Source: Chloroflexota bacterium (GTDB taxonomy: Bacteria > Chloroflexota > Anaerolineae > Aggregatilineales > UBA2796). From it: a stretch of 61,566 nucleotides of DNA. Positions 9,187-18,773 of the stretch are shown here, piece after piece. Location: positions 1 to 61,566 of the forward strand of contig JBDTVG010000179.1 of assembly GCA_040007395.1 (NCBI GenBank). The letters run 5' to 3'. Numbering within the stretch: position 1 is the first letter of the stretch; each line of letters begins with the position of its first letter. The notes under the pieces are model-generated. The model was not told the DNA's origin and made no database searches. It saw only the letters and a list, made by a program, of their open reading frames with translations. Position numbers and translations under genes: made by a program.

Positions 9187-10686
9187 CTATGTCGTAGATT
9201 CAGTGGTGCTGATGTCATGCTGTACATCGTGCAGTTGGCGGGCGAACCAATGATGTATATCGTTGTCAGTCACTTGCTGTGCCAGCTTTTCAGCCCTGCT
9301 ATGTCGATCTTCTTGAGGCATATTCAACGCTTGGTAGATCGCTTCGCGTGCCCCATACACATCAAAGGGCGAAACTAAGAGCGCTTGTTCGCCAAACTCT
9401 TCGGCAACACCCGCTTCTTCAGAGAGGATCAACACCCCATTCCGTTGATTCAAAGCTACCCCTTCTTTCGCCACCAGATTCATACCATCGGCAAGCGGGT
9501 TAACCAACAGCACGTCGTATTGCGTAAGCGCCGTGAGCGCCCGAATATAGTTATTGCCCAGCATTACGCGCACAGGTTCCCAATCGCTTTGCCCCAATGT
9601 CGCGTTGATCTCGCCTACCAACGCCATGATGTCTCTCAGGTAGCGTTTGTATTCCGTCACCTCAGTGCGAGAAGGGACAAGCAGCGCCAACATATACACT
9701 TGTCCTCGGTACGCTGGGTAAACATTCAGAAAATTTCGATAGGCCATCAGCCCACGCAAAATATTCTTACTCGGCTCAACCCGATCCACCCGCAAGATCA
9801 TGCGTCGCGAGCCACTCAGCAGTTTCATGGAGGCATGGTGACTTTGCGCTTCCACACTGCCCGCAAGCTGCTTGAGTTCATCGACATCTACCGAAATAGG
9901 ATAGGGCTTGGCTTCGGTCTCCCGATTCTGATACGTAATACGTCGCCACGGGACTACCACACGGGCTTTCGGCAAGTTATCGAGGCATGTTTGCAGGAAG
10001 CGGCGTGTATCGCGTTCTGTCTGAAATCCGATCCGATCCGCCTGCAACATGGCGATCAGCAGTTCTTGACGGATAACCAATGGCAGCACCCGCCACGCAT
10101 CGGGGCCGGGCCAAGGAATATGGATAAAAGACTGGATGACAACGCGATCTCCCACCAATTCCCGCAGATAGCGTGGAAACAGATACAGGTGATAATCCTG
10201 CGGCATCACCAGCACCGGACCTTGGATTGCGGTGATGCTTTCCGCTGTTGCTGCCGCCAATTGGCGATTAATGGCGGTGTAGCCCTCAGTCCAAGCTCGC
10301 CAAGTCGTCTCATCAACCACTGGCAGCCGCGGCGTATCGTGTAACTGGTGCTGTACAAACCATAACAGCGGATTACTGATGACATTATAGTACTGCTTGT
10401 ATTGTTCAGGGTCGGGGACAACCAAGCGAATTTTCATATCCTGAACGGTATGAACGCCATCGCCCACATGATCCAGCCACTCACGATCCCCTTTGCTTAA
10501 GGCGCACGAGATCCATAAAATCTCATGTTGTCGCGCAAGGCTGCTGATCGCTGTGACTAACCCTCCTGACCCCCGTTCGATGACGGGTTCGCCGTCTTTC
10601 ATGGAAAACGAAAAGGGACCCCGATTCGAGACAATCACAATTTGCAGCGGCCCTGTTGAGGCTTGCTCTGGTGATACCATACTCAT
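9187..10686 (-). CDS. otsA: Alpha,alpha-trehalose-phosphate synthase (GT20).
   Basis: GT20 hallmark segments (LLVNPLADGMNLVAKE, HDYHLYLFPRYLR). It sits downstream of otsB in the same orientation. Confidence 0.9.
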   Translation of the reverse strand: MSMVSPEQASTGPLQIVIVSNRGPFSFSMKDGEPVIERGSGGLVTAISSLARQHEILWISCALSKGDREWLDHVGDGVHTVQDMKIRLVVPDPEQYKQYYNVISNPLLWFVQHQLHDTPRLPVVDETTWRAWTEGYTAINRQLAAATAESITAIQGPVLVMPQDYHLYLFPRYLRELVGDRVVIQSFIHIPWPGPDAWRVLPLVIRQELLIAMLQADRIGFQTERDTRRFLQTCLDNLPKARVVVPWRRITYQNRETEAKPYPISVDVDELKQLAGSVEAQSHHASMKLLSGSRRMILRVDRVEPSKNILRGLMAYRNFLNVYPAYRGQVYMLALLVPSRTEVTEYKRYLRDIMALVGEINATLGQSDWEPVRVMLGNNYIRALTALTQYDVLLVNPLADGMNLVAKEGVALNQRNGVLILSEEAGVAEEFGEQALLVSPFDVYGAREAIYQALNMPQEDRHSRAEKLAQQVTDNDIHHWFARQLHDVQHDISTTESTT

Positions 10687-10713
10687 TTCGTCCCCTTTTG
10701 TGTCTTGAATACT

Positions 10714-11562
10714 TCAGGATAAGGTTGGAGAAGGCACTGTCAATGGCACTGGCAATGCAGGCAATTGATCTGCGATCCAGTTGAGCAGATGAGCCACATC
10801 ATCGGGATCGTAAGCGATAAGATCGCTGTGCTCCTGCAACTGTAGCGGCGCACCTTCGGAAATTACCCCAACGGTTAATCCTTGTAACAGACCATCTCTG
10901 GCCTTTTCGTGCAGCAGCGACATCGCCGCCAAATCAGTTGTATCGTCGCCTAAGAAAATCGCGCCATCTAGCTCATAATCTGTGATCAAGGTTCGCACAG
11001 CAGTTCCCTTGTTGACGCTTATAGGCGGCTTGATCTCCAGAATTTCGCGGCCTTCGGTGAGGAGCAATCCATAGTGTTCAGCCAACGGCTGTAAGCGATC
11101 TAACAGTCGCTGCCGAACCGCCACAGGATCAGAAGTGGCACGGTAATTTACCGAGGCCGTTGGCCCCTTGTTGTTGATATAGACTCCCGGTTCGGTGAGT
11201 GCGCCGAAGGCTGCCAGCAGGGCTTGCAGAGGTTTCTCCCAACCGCGTGCCACTTCGACGAGCTGAACCGCCTCATCATGCCAGTAATCCATACCATGAT
11301 TGCCGTAATAGACCAGATGGGGTCGCTCGAATCGTTGTCGCAAGTCAGCGGTAGAACGCCCCGAAATCAGCGCAACCAGCGTGACCTTCTCTACCAATAC
11401 GTCTAGCGCTTGAGCATTCTCAGCCGTCATCGCTGCTTGCGACGACTCCGATACGAAATGGCTAAGTGTACCGTCAAAATCGCTGAGAATGCCCAGCCTT
11501 TTCGCCGCGATCACCTGCTTGAGGCGATCCTTATGTAGCGACCAATGCAGCGTATCGATCAT
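10714..11562 (-). CDS. otsB: Trehalose-6-phosphate phosphatase (HAD superfamily).
   Basis: HAD motif I DFDGTL, motif IV LGDDTTD. Operonic with otsA. Confidence 0.85.
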   Translation of the reverse strand: MIDTLHWSLHKDRLKQVIAAKRLGILSDFDGTLSHFVSESSQAAMTAENAQALDVLVEKVTLVALISGRSTADLRQRFERPHLVYYGNHGMDYWHDEAVQLVEVARGWEKPLQALLAAFGALTEPGVYINNKGPTASVNYRATSDPVAVRQRLLDRLQPLAEHYGLLLTEGREILEIKPPISVNKGTAVRTLITDYELDGAIFLGDDTTDLAAMSLLHEKARDGLLQGLTVGVISEGAPLQLQEHSDLIAYDPDDVAHLLNWIADQLPALPVPLTVPSPTLS

Positions 11563-11581
11563 AGCCTTTGTGTCATCTTCC

Positions 11582-12313
11582 TTATCCTGTAATCGGGAGG
11601 TCGGCTACTCTGGCGTTCAGCAGCCGTACATAAGGCGCAAAGATCCACCCAGTCTGGCCTTCAAACTGTACCTGTATCCAAGTTTGGTTGGCATTGCGGC
11701 CTACCACATTTACAATCGTTCCCCAGTCGAGCGTCTGAGTAAAAAAGAAATTTGTTCCCGGCCCACCACGCAGATGCAAAAAGGCTACGAGTTTGCCTTG
11801 TACACCTGTCGGCACCCCCGCAACGGTTACGGGAAGTCCGATAGCACCAGAAGCGATCTGCTCAGTGAACCTGATCTGCGACAGATTTGGACCATCGTAA
11901 TATTCCACCCGCAGAGTATGGTTTCCGGCAGAAAGCGGACGATCAACGGTATAGGCTGTGAATGGCTGGTCGTGCCATTGGTCGATAACCGCCGTGTTGT
12001 CGATAAATAACCGCAGTCCATCGTTCGCCGCCAGTGTGAAGCGATAGGTTCCAGCATAAAAAAAGGCCGTTTTAGTCCAGCGGATGCTGAAGTTGTCCGG
12101 CGGTAACGAAGCCGCAGGCGAAAACTTGGCCCAATAACTGCGGATAAAAGTAATATTGCGTGTAAGGACTGGCTGACCTTGCAGATTGCGATTGTTGAAA
12201 TATTCCACGGCCCACTGTGAGCCTTGCGCCGAGATAGTCACCACCAAGCCCAATCCGGCAGCCAACACAAGCATGATAATCACTAGCTTTGTGCGTACAA
12301 ATCGACCAAACAT
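11582..12313 (-). CDS. Secreted or membrane-anchored PA14 domain protein.
   Basis: N-terminal TM or signal (LVIIMLVLAAGLGLVV), then the PA14-like region YFNNRNLQGQPVLTRNITFIRSYW...YRFTLAANDGLRLFID. Confidence 0.65.
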   Translation of the reverse strand: MFGRFVRTKLVIIMLVLAAGLGLVVTISAQGSQWAVEYFNNRNLQGQPVLTRNITFIRSYWAKFSPAASLPPDNFSIRWTKTAFFYAGTYRFTLAANDGLRLFIDNTAVIDQWHDQPFTAYTVDRPLSAGNHTLRVEYYDGPNLSQIRFTEQIASGAIGLPVTVAGVPTGVQGKLVAFLHLRGGPGTNFFFTQTLDWGTIVNVVGRNANQTWIQVQFEGQTGWIFAPYVRLLNARVADLPITG

Positions 12314-12663
12314 GATTTTTTTCTCCTTATCGGAATATTATGGGATGCGAAAGTAAGAAAAGTAATCTATTCGAGGAACTATAGATGCTGCCCAGAATCG
12401 GTAGCGAATAGGATGAGTGAGTGGCACAGCAGAGTAATGAACAAGGTTAATTTAGCATAAACAGGAGTGCATGTGAAGTCAAGTAGTTTCTTAGGATAAA
12501 CGCATCAAAGTTGAGAAATAAGGTCAAAAAGGAAACGGTCATACACAACCGCCTTATTTCGGACAGATCCTCTTTTCATTTTACCCCTGTTCGCATTTAG
12601 ACACTCCCTTAAAGAATTGGGGCTTACCAAGATGAAAAAACGTCTATATAATAGACTATATTA

Positions 12664-12735
12664 ACGGGGTGTAGATCAGTGGTAGATCGCTGCGTTTGGG
12701 ACGCAGAGGCCGCCGGTTCGAGTCTGGCCACCCCG
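12664..12735 (+). tRNA. tRNA-Pro (anticodon TGG).
   Basis: Acceptor CGGGGTG/CACCCCG, anticodon stem CTGCG/CGCAG with loop TTTGGGA, T-loop GGTTCGAGTCTGG. Confidence 0.8.
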
Positions 12736-12741
12736 ACTATA

Positions 12742-12814
12742 GGCGGCTGTAATTCAGTGGTAGAATGCTTGCCTTCCAAGCAAGACGTCACGGGTTCGAA
12801 TCCCGTCAGCCGCT
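12742..12814 (+). tRNA. tRNA-Gly (anticodon TCC).
   Basis: Acceptor GCGGCTG/CAGCCGC, anticodon stem CTTGC/GCAAG with loop CTTCCAA, T-loop GGTTCGAATCCCG. Confidence 0.8.
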
Positions 12815-12820
12815 TTTAGA

Positions 12821-12896
12821 GGGCCCATAGCTCAGCGGTTAGAGCAGCCGGCTCATAACCGGTCGGTCGCAGGTTCGAATCCTGCTGGGCCCACCA
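12821..12896 (+). tRNA. tRNA with CAT anticodon (elongator Met or Ile-lysidine), with encoded CCA.
   Basis: Acceptor GGGCCCA/TGGGCCC, anticodon loop CTCATAA, T-loop GGTTCGAATCCTG, 3-prime ACCA. Confidence 0.8.
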
Positions 12897-14581
12897 AACG
12901 GGAGCCAAATCGAACCAGCAGCACTCCTGCTGGTTTGGGTTTTCTGTCCACGGGATCCATTCAATCGGGGCTGCATCACGGGAACGTTATTTGACGATAA
13001 TTCGTGCAGATAACTAAAAGGTGTCCGCAGCTCCATCCTTAAGATTTTCCCCTCTGGGCTGATTACAACCCGCTTGACCATATGTCTCAGCAAGCGTTGT
13101 TGTCCTTGCTGATCCAACTTTTCAAATAGTATACCAGCTTTCGCAATCAGATTGAGTGCGTCATCTAGCGATGCAATATGTGCTCCACAATTCTGGTCAA
13201 TGGCAAGCAATGTTGACTGAATTGCGCTACGTTGATCCTGCCAACCTTTCCAAAGTGTATCCCACACTTCCTCCGAAAGTTTCCCCTTCGTATGAAGACG
13301 AGCAGCCGCAAGCTCTTCTTCGTCAAGACTCTTCAAGGCTTTCTCCAGCATTGACCGATCCGTGCCGTCAGGCTTATTCAAATAATGATCTACATCTGCG
13401 AGATAAACTTCACGAATCCTCGGTAGTAATTCAGTGTCTATTTGAATATTTCTCAAATGTCCAGAAATCTGCTTGTCTATTTGATGGCAAAGGAAATTGT
13501 GCTTGCTGCTGGCAATACAATAATAAGCGACACCTCCTCTAACCCGGTTTGCGTTAGATGTCGAGCAAGTAAGCTTGATTGGCTGATTGCCTCCGATTTG
13601 TATATAGACCAGAGTTTGCAACAAATAAAAGTGGCGTGGTCTATGTTCACGAACTTCGTTACGCCGATCCAGAATCGCTAAACCTGTCTCAAATTCCTCG
13701 GTCGAAACGACTGGTTCCCAATCTCCACGTACTGTTTTGGGTGGTATTGTTGCCCATTTATTTTCGACGACTACCCAACCTGCATAGAACCAGTTGTGAA
13801 AAATATCTGAGAGCTTGTTAGCAGCGGGAACACGTTTGCCATTCGCCTTGACCGCTACAAATGGACGACCAGAACGCATACAGTACCCTCTCGCGTGAAG
13901 CACTTCGCAAATTTCGGCGAGGGTATGTTTGTCTTCGAGAAGAAGGTCCCACGCTTCTCGCCAGACTTTGTATTGCACTGGATCAGCGGCGATCCAGCGT
14001 TTATATTTCGCGTGTTTTAGGCGCTCCTCACGTTGGAGGCCAGCTTTTTTCTTCTCCTTATTGACGTAACCATCTGGCGCTCTCCACGACCATCCACCTT
14101 CGATAAGTTTCGTATGCATCCCTTCTCGACAACGTTCGCCGATCCGATCGGACTCGAAACGAGCCATATTGAACAGCACACCAACGATCATACGACCATC
14201 AGACTTCGCAGGATCGAGACTTGGATAAGTAGCTATTCGGAGCGTGATCCCTAGGGCCATCAATTCATCAAACGCACGTAGACCCTCAACATCATTCCTC
14301 CCAAAGCGATCAACGAACGCAATTGCTACGTGAGAAAATTTGCCAAGGCGGGCATCGGCAAGCATTTGTTGATAGTATTTGCGACCGGTTGATTTACCAG
14401 TAAACGTGTCGGCATAGCGCCCGATGTAAGGCAACCCTGAACTATCAATGAGCCGTTCGTGGTTGAGGCGACTCTGGCTTGTTTGTGAACGTTCTGGCGC
14501 TTGTGCATCCTCATCGCTGGTACGTAGGTATTCGACCCAGCCGGGTGTCAAAGTCAATTGTTGAACTTTGCGCTTACTCAT
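12839..14581 (-). CDS. Large serine recombinase (resolvase catalytic domain plus recombinase and zinc-ribbon domains). The 3-prime end is antisense to tRNA-Met.
   Basis: N-terminal YLRTSDEDAQ catalytic-serine motif and the resolvase core (AIAFVDRFGRN...GITLRIAT...MIVGVLFNMARFESDRIGER). At 580 aa it is typical of large serine integrases. Confidence 0.85.
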   Translation of the reverse strand: MSKRKVQQLTLTPGWVEYLRTSDEDAQAPERSQTSQSRLNHERLIDSSGLPYIGRYADTFTGKSTGRKYYQQMLADARLGKFSHVAIAFVDRFGRNDVEGLRAFDELMALGITLRIATYPSLDPAKSDGRMIVGVLFNMARFESDRIGERCREGMHTKLIEGGWSWRAPDGYVNKEKKKAGLQREERLKHAKYKRWIAADPVQYKVWREAWDLLLEDKHTLAEICEVLHARGYCMRSGRPFVAVKANGKRVPAANKLSDIFHNWFYAGWVVVENKWATIPPKTVRGDWEPVVSTEEFETGLAILDRRNEVREHRPRHFYLLQTLVYIQIGGNQPIKLTCSTSNANRVRGGVAYYCIASSKHNFLCHQIDKQISGHLRNIQIDTELLPRIREVYLADVDHYLNKPDGTDRSMLEKALKSLDEEELAAARLHTKGKLSEEVWDTLWKGWQDQRSAIQSTLLAIDQNCGAHIASLDDALNLIAKAGILFEKLDQQGQQRLLRHMVKRVVISPEGKILRMELRTPFSYLHELSSNNVPVMQPRLNGSRGQKTQTSRSAAGSIWLPFGGPSRIRTCDRPVMSRLL

Positions 14582-14726
14582 GGCGTTCAGTGTTCCCTAT
14601 AATGCGACACGGAAATCTGTTTTAAACGCATCATGACTCCTGACCATCGCGGATACGTTGCAGCATTATAGGACGCATTCGCGATTTTGTGTTTTTAGGT
14701 CGTCACCCACACCTAGGAAGCCCAAT

Positions 14727-15506
14727 TTATGACTGCGCCTCACGGCGATTTGGCAACTCTGTGGCATCAACGAGCAACTGCCATGTAGCAAGAATGGTTC
14801 CTTTGACTTCTAACTTGATAGCTCTGTCTTCATTGAAGTGGCTCAGATAGTAAAGACGGCTCAAACCGGTCGGCACATCCTTTTCTGGCAGAATCTCGCC
14901 TAATATTGCCTTACCTACAGGGTGCTGCGTCACATGTAAAATATCATCGCTGGTGGGCGGTGTGTTGGGCAGCAACAAACCGAGGTGGAATTCGATACTC
15001 CGCAGCATTGCCTCTTCGGAAATCCCCCCCAACAGACGGGTGAGTAGTTGATCAGGCTTGATGAACCACAGCGAACGGTTGCCTCGCAGCTCGTGGGCCT
15101 GCTTCTGCCACTTGCGAATTTCCTGTCGATAATGCGGAAGCCCATTAGCTTTCTCGAAATCTTCGAGCGTGTCTAACAACCCATTTTGCTGATCCAGTGT
15201 CAGTTCTTCAAAACGTGCAGCGACATACTCACCCATTACGCCGATCTCACGGCGTGTGGTCGGCAAGTAACCCGCCAATGAAAACAGCCAAGTCGGATCG
15301 AGCCGCAGAAAATCCGCTACTGCAACCAACAACTTTGGGCTAGGAGCAGGGGCATCATCCTCTAGGCCGAAGCGCAGCATGTTTCGAATCGAGTTTTCGG
15401 CGACCCCTGCGGCTTGCGCCAGCTTTCCGGCACTAACGTCATTTTGTGCCATAACATAACTTAGAAATGTGCCGAGTGACTCAGTTTCGTGTCTCTGCAT
15501 CGCCAC
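14727..15506 (-). CDS. XRE-like helix-turn-helix domain protein with an uncharacterised C-terminal domain. A candidate regulator or directionality factor next to the recombinase.
   Basis: N-terminal HTH-like segment LSYVMAQNDVSAGKLAQAAGVAENSIRNMLRFG. Placed between the recombinase and the cargo. Confidence 0.5.
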   Translation of the reverse strand: MAMQRHETESLGTFLSYVMAQNDVSAGKLAQAAGVAENSIRNMLRFGLEDDAPAPSPKLLVAVADFLRLDPTWLFSLAGYLPTTRREIGVMGEYVAARFEELTLDQQNGLLDTLEDFEKANGLPHYRQEIRKWQKQAHELRGNRSLWFIKPDQLLTRLLGGISEEAMLRSIEFHLGLLLPNTPPTSDDILHVTQHPVGKAILGEILPEKDVPTGLSRLYYLSHFNEDRAIKLEVKGTILATWQLLVDATELPNRREAQS

Positions 15507-15523
15507 CTCGCTTTGAAATACGC

Positions 15524-15608
15524 AACAAATTGATGTATTTTATTAAAGCAAAATAAATCTATTTTGTCAATAAAAGCGAGTCGAAATAGAATATACATCA
15601 ATTTGTTG
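15524..15608. promoter_or_regulatory. Pair of perfect 16-bp inverted repeats (caacaaattgatgtat / atacatcaatttgttg) bracketing an AT-rich 53-bp spacer in a divergent intergenic region.
   Basis: Read directly from the sequence. Located between the HTH gene (minus) and the cargo genes (plus). Confidence 0.35.
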
Positions 15609-16031
15609 ATGTATATTGAGCGTTGAAAATGAGTGAAGAACTTGAAATAAAGCGGATGGTGGCACGGCTCATTGACCTTGCGAAACTCTTAGCCGAAGTA
15701 GAGCAGCAAGATAACACCAAATTAGTGCAACCCTGCCAATCGATTCTGGATCGACCCCTCACAAAGCCGGCAGTGGAAAAGAAAGAGTCTCCCCAACCCA
15801 AAAGCGGAACTCGCTAAGGAACTACTCAACTGACAATATTTCGGCACCCCCACACTACTTGGCGCATAGCTCCAAAATCTGACCGCCCTCTATAAGCCCT
15901 TCAAAATTGTCGCTGCACAAGCGGCATTTTGGCTTATTGCCCATAAACATCCACTAGCGCTTTTGATAATTATTATATAATCAGGCTAGTGTCTCTCTAG
16001 GGCCTGTCTCACACATCAAAAGGATGTCCGC

Positions 16032-18770
16032 ATGACCTTCATGGACCAGTGGAGTGCAGAGCTTCCCGGCTCCCTCGCTGCCTGCCGCAAGGCGATTCAG
16101 GCGGCGGGCAAAAGCGCACAAGGTATCGATCCCAAATATGGTGTATTCGCCGCTGGACTGCTCTGGCCCGTGCGTGAGGCAGGCGCAGAAGATGACCAAC
16201 GCGAGGCCGTGCGCGAGATCTGCGGCGGCAAAGACGAGGCCAAACCGCTGCTGACTGCCATTCGCAATTGGTCGGATTATGTTGTGGCAGCGCGTGAACT
16301 TTCCGAGTCGACGAAGGGCAATCTACTGCTACAAATCGCGCTGGAAAAAGTGATCACACACTTTCAGGACGCGCTGGTTGCCGCCGAGTTCATGACCATC
16401 GACATTCGCGACAGCACCATACAGGGCGCGATTGTAAACATCGGCGGCAAGCAATATTTCTACGGCGATGTGGTGATCAATATCGTGCAAGAAGCAGTGA
16501 TGACCTGCCCACCACCCCCCGAAGACCCTGCCCAATTCGGCGGACGCGATACGGTATTGACCGATCTGTGCGATCAGCTTAAGCGTGGCGAGGTGACGGC
16601 GATCACGGCGGTGCATGGCTTGGGCGGGATCGGCAAAACGACACTGGCCCGCCGCCTCGCCAATGTGCTGCACCATGAAAAGACATTTCGGGCGGTGCTA
16701 TGGGCGAGTGTGACACGCAGCCCCGATCCGCTGAGTATTTTGCAGGTCTGGGCGAAGCACGGCAATCCTAACTATGCGCTGCCCGATGCCAAACCGGATC
16801 AGATCGCCTTGCAAGTCAAGGGATTGCTCGAAACCGCGATTGCCCAAACGTGCGAACACTGCGAACCGGATCGCGTGCTGGTGGTGCTGGATGATGTGTG
16901 GGATGACGCGGAGGGCAAAGGCAAAGCCGCCGCTCGACTGCTGCAAGCTGCCGCGCCGACTAACTCCACGATCTTGATCACGACCCGTTCGCAGAATCTG
17001 GCTATCGATCTGCACGCCAAACAGCCCTATGCGCTGGACCGCATGGCTGCCGAGGACGGGCTGGCGATGCTGCTGACCTATGACGATCTCAAAGGGCTGC
17101 CCCACGATCCCTTGAAGGCGCTGGTGATGGCGCTCGGTGGACACCCGCTGGCGCTCGATCTGGCAGTGCGGCGCGTTCAGAAGGCGGAAAATAAGGCCGA
17201 TGCGTTGACGGCGCATACTACGCTTTATCAGAAAGGATTGCTAGCAGGTGAAGGCTTCGGCGGACTGAAACTCGATCAGGGGCCAGATCGCGAAGACAAC
17301 CTGACGCTGGTGCTGTCGTACAGCTACGACGACCTGCCCGACCCCGATCAGGCGCATTTCCGGGCATTGGGGATGCTGCCGCCCGATGTGCCGTTTGACC
17401 GGACGATTCTGGCGGCGCTGTGGGAAGTCCCGCCTGAGGCAGTGATCGACTCGTGCGATACGCTGCGGCTGCTCTCGCTGCTCCAGCCCGATCCCGTTAG
17501 CGGGGAGGGTTGGTATCGCCAGCACCCGCTGCTGCGAAGCCGTGCGCTGGATCTGCTGAAAGGCGCGGCTGAGACGGACGCAGTATTCGCCCGCTACGCA
17601 GATCGGGTGATTGAGATTGCCGAGGGCTTTTATCGGCTGCCGCCGGAACAATGGGCCGAACTGTCGGCCTACCTACCGCATGTTCACGCTGTTGGCAGTG
17701 GCTTGGTCAAGGCGTTCAGCCCAGAGACACTGGATGATGCGCAATTGAGCCGCGCCCAACGCTTCGCCCTGAAGACCAGCCGCTATCTCGCCAACCGCCG
17801 CGAAGTGCACCAGATCGACTGGTTGGAGATGGGGCTAACTGCCAGCCGCCAGTTGCACGATGTGAAAAACGAATCCTATTTCTGTAACGATCTGGGTTTG
17901 GTCTACTCGGCGCTGGGGGAGAAGCGGCGGGCGCTGGACTTCTACGAGCAAGCCTTGCCGCTGTATCAGGCGGTGGGCGATCGCGGCGGGGAAGCCACCA
18001 CCCTCAACAACATTGGTTTGGTCTACTCCGCGCTGGGCGAGAAGCGGCGGGCGCTGGACTTCTACGAGCAAGCCTTGCCGCTGTATCAGGCGGTGGGCGA
18101 TCGCGGCGGGGAAGCCGTTACCTGTTTCAATATCGGCATGGTTTATCGCGCATTGGGCGATCTGGATCAGGCTATTGACTATGTAGCCCGCTGCGTTGAA
18201 CTCGATGAACAAGTCGAACACCCCGATCTGGAAAGTGATCGGCGGGCGTTGGAACAGTTGAAGCGCGAACGTGACGGTCAGCCGGAGCCGACAGTAGGCC
18301 AAACCCCAGAGGAAGTTATGAAAATGATAACTAACCTCTACCGCCAGCGTGGGCCGGACGCAGTACGCACGCTGCTCAAGCAGTCCGATGTAGCAGACGA
18401 AACTATCGAAGCGCTGCTCGCGCAGTTAGCCGCCGCTGGCACGCAGGCTGCGCCGAGTCAGCCTGTGCAGCCGCCCTCGACCCTGCCCGATGAAACGATC
18501 AATATGTTGGCAGGCAATACATTTGCCGTCAAAACCAGTGCGCCGGATAAGCTGGACAATTGGCGCACAAAATTGCAGAGTATCCGCGCCGATTTCGCTG
18601 CCAAAGGGGCCGACTGGCAGCTCGAAGTAGATTTTGTCGATGCGCTGCTGGCGGTGTTGGCGGATCAGCCCGCCGCGTTACCGGATGGCAACCCCTATCA
18701 ATCTGTTGTGCAGCAGGTGATCGCAGCCATTGAACAGTTTAGCAGTAATAGCAATCCACAAGGAGAATGA
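16032..18770 (+). CDS. STAND NTPase of the NB-ARC type with C-terminal TPR repeats and an N-terminal region of about 190 aa with no recognised fold.
   Basis: P-loop GLGGIGKTTLARRL, Walker B VLVVLDDVWD, NB-ARC-like GxP (GGHPLALDL), then repeated TPR units (LGLVYSALGEKRRALDFYEQALPLYQAVGDRGGEA). Confidence 0.85.
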   Translation: MTFMDQWSAELPGSLAACRKAIQAAGKSAQGIDPKYGVFAAGLLWPVREAGAEDDQREAVREICGGKDEAKPLLTAIRNWSDYVVAARELSESTKGNLLLQIALEKVITHFQDALVAAEFMTIDIRDSTIQGAIVNIGGKQYFYGDVVINIVQEAVMTCPPPPEDPAQFGGRDTVLTDLCDQLKRGEVTAITAVHGLGGIGKTTLARRLANVLHHEKTFRAVLWASVTRSPDPLSILQVWAKHGNPNYALPDAKPDQIALQVKGLLETAIAQTCEHCEPDRVLVVLDDVWDDAEGKGKAAARLLQAAAPTNSTILITTRSQNLAIDLHAKQPYALDRMAAEDGLAMLLTYDDLKGLPHDPLKALVMALGGHPLALDLAVRRVQKAENKADALTAHTTLYQKGLLAGEGFGGLKLDQGPDREDNLTLVLSYSYDDLPDPDQAHFRALGMLPPDVPFDRTILAALWEVPPEAVIDSCDTLRLLSLLQPDPVSGEGWYRQHPLLRSRALDLLKGAAETDAVFARYADRVIEIAEGFYRLPPEQWAELSAYLPHVHAVGSGLVKAFSPETLDDAQLSRAQRFALKTSRYLANRREVHQIDWLEMGLTASRQLHDVKNESYFCNDLGLVYSALGEKRRALDFYEQALPLYQAVGDRGGEATTLNNIGLVYSALGEKRRALDFYEQALPLYQAVGDRGGEAVTCFNIGMVYRALGDLDQAIDYVARCVELDEQVEHPDLESDRRALEQLKRERDGQPEPTVGQTPEEVMKMITNLYRQRGPDAVRTLLKQSDVADETIEALLAQLAAAGTQAAPSQPVQPPSTLPDETINMLAGNTFAVKTSAPDKLDNWRTKLQSIRADFAAKGADWQLEVDFVDALLAVLADQPAALPDGNPYQSVVQQVIAAIEQFSSNSNPQGE
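17881..18120 (+). repeat. Near-perfect tandem duplication (2 x about 120 bp) inside the STAND gene that duplicates one TPR unit.
   Basis: tggtctactc(g/c)gcgctggg(g/c)gagaagcggcgggcgctggacttctacgagcaagccttgccgctgtatcaggcggtgggcgatcgcggcggggaagcc appears twice in tandem. Confidence 0.8.
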
Positions 18771-18773
18771 ATC

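Noticed and set aside
9385-10344. Plus-strand 319-aa ORF antisense to otsA.
   Set aside because: otsA on the minus strand has unambiguous GT20 motifs. The antisense ORF is Arg/His/Gln-rich junk typical of shadow frames.
16329-17651. Several minus-strand ORFs (16329..16676, 16698..17216, 17241..17651) inside the STAND NTPase gene.
   Set aside because: Antisense shadow ORFs of a GC-rich gene. The plus-strand frame carries clear P-loop, Walker B and TPR motifs.
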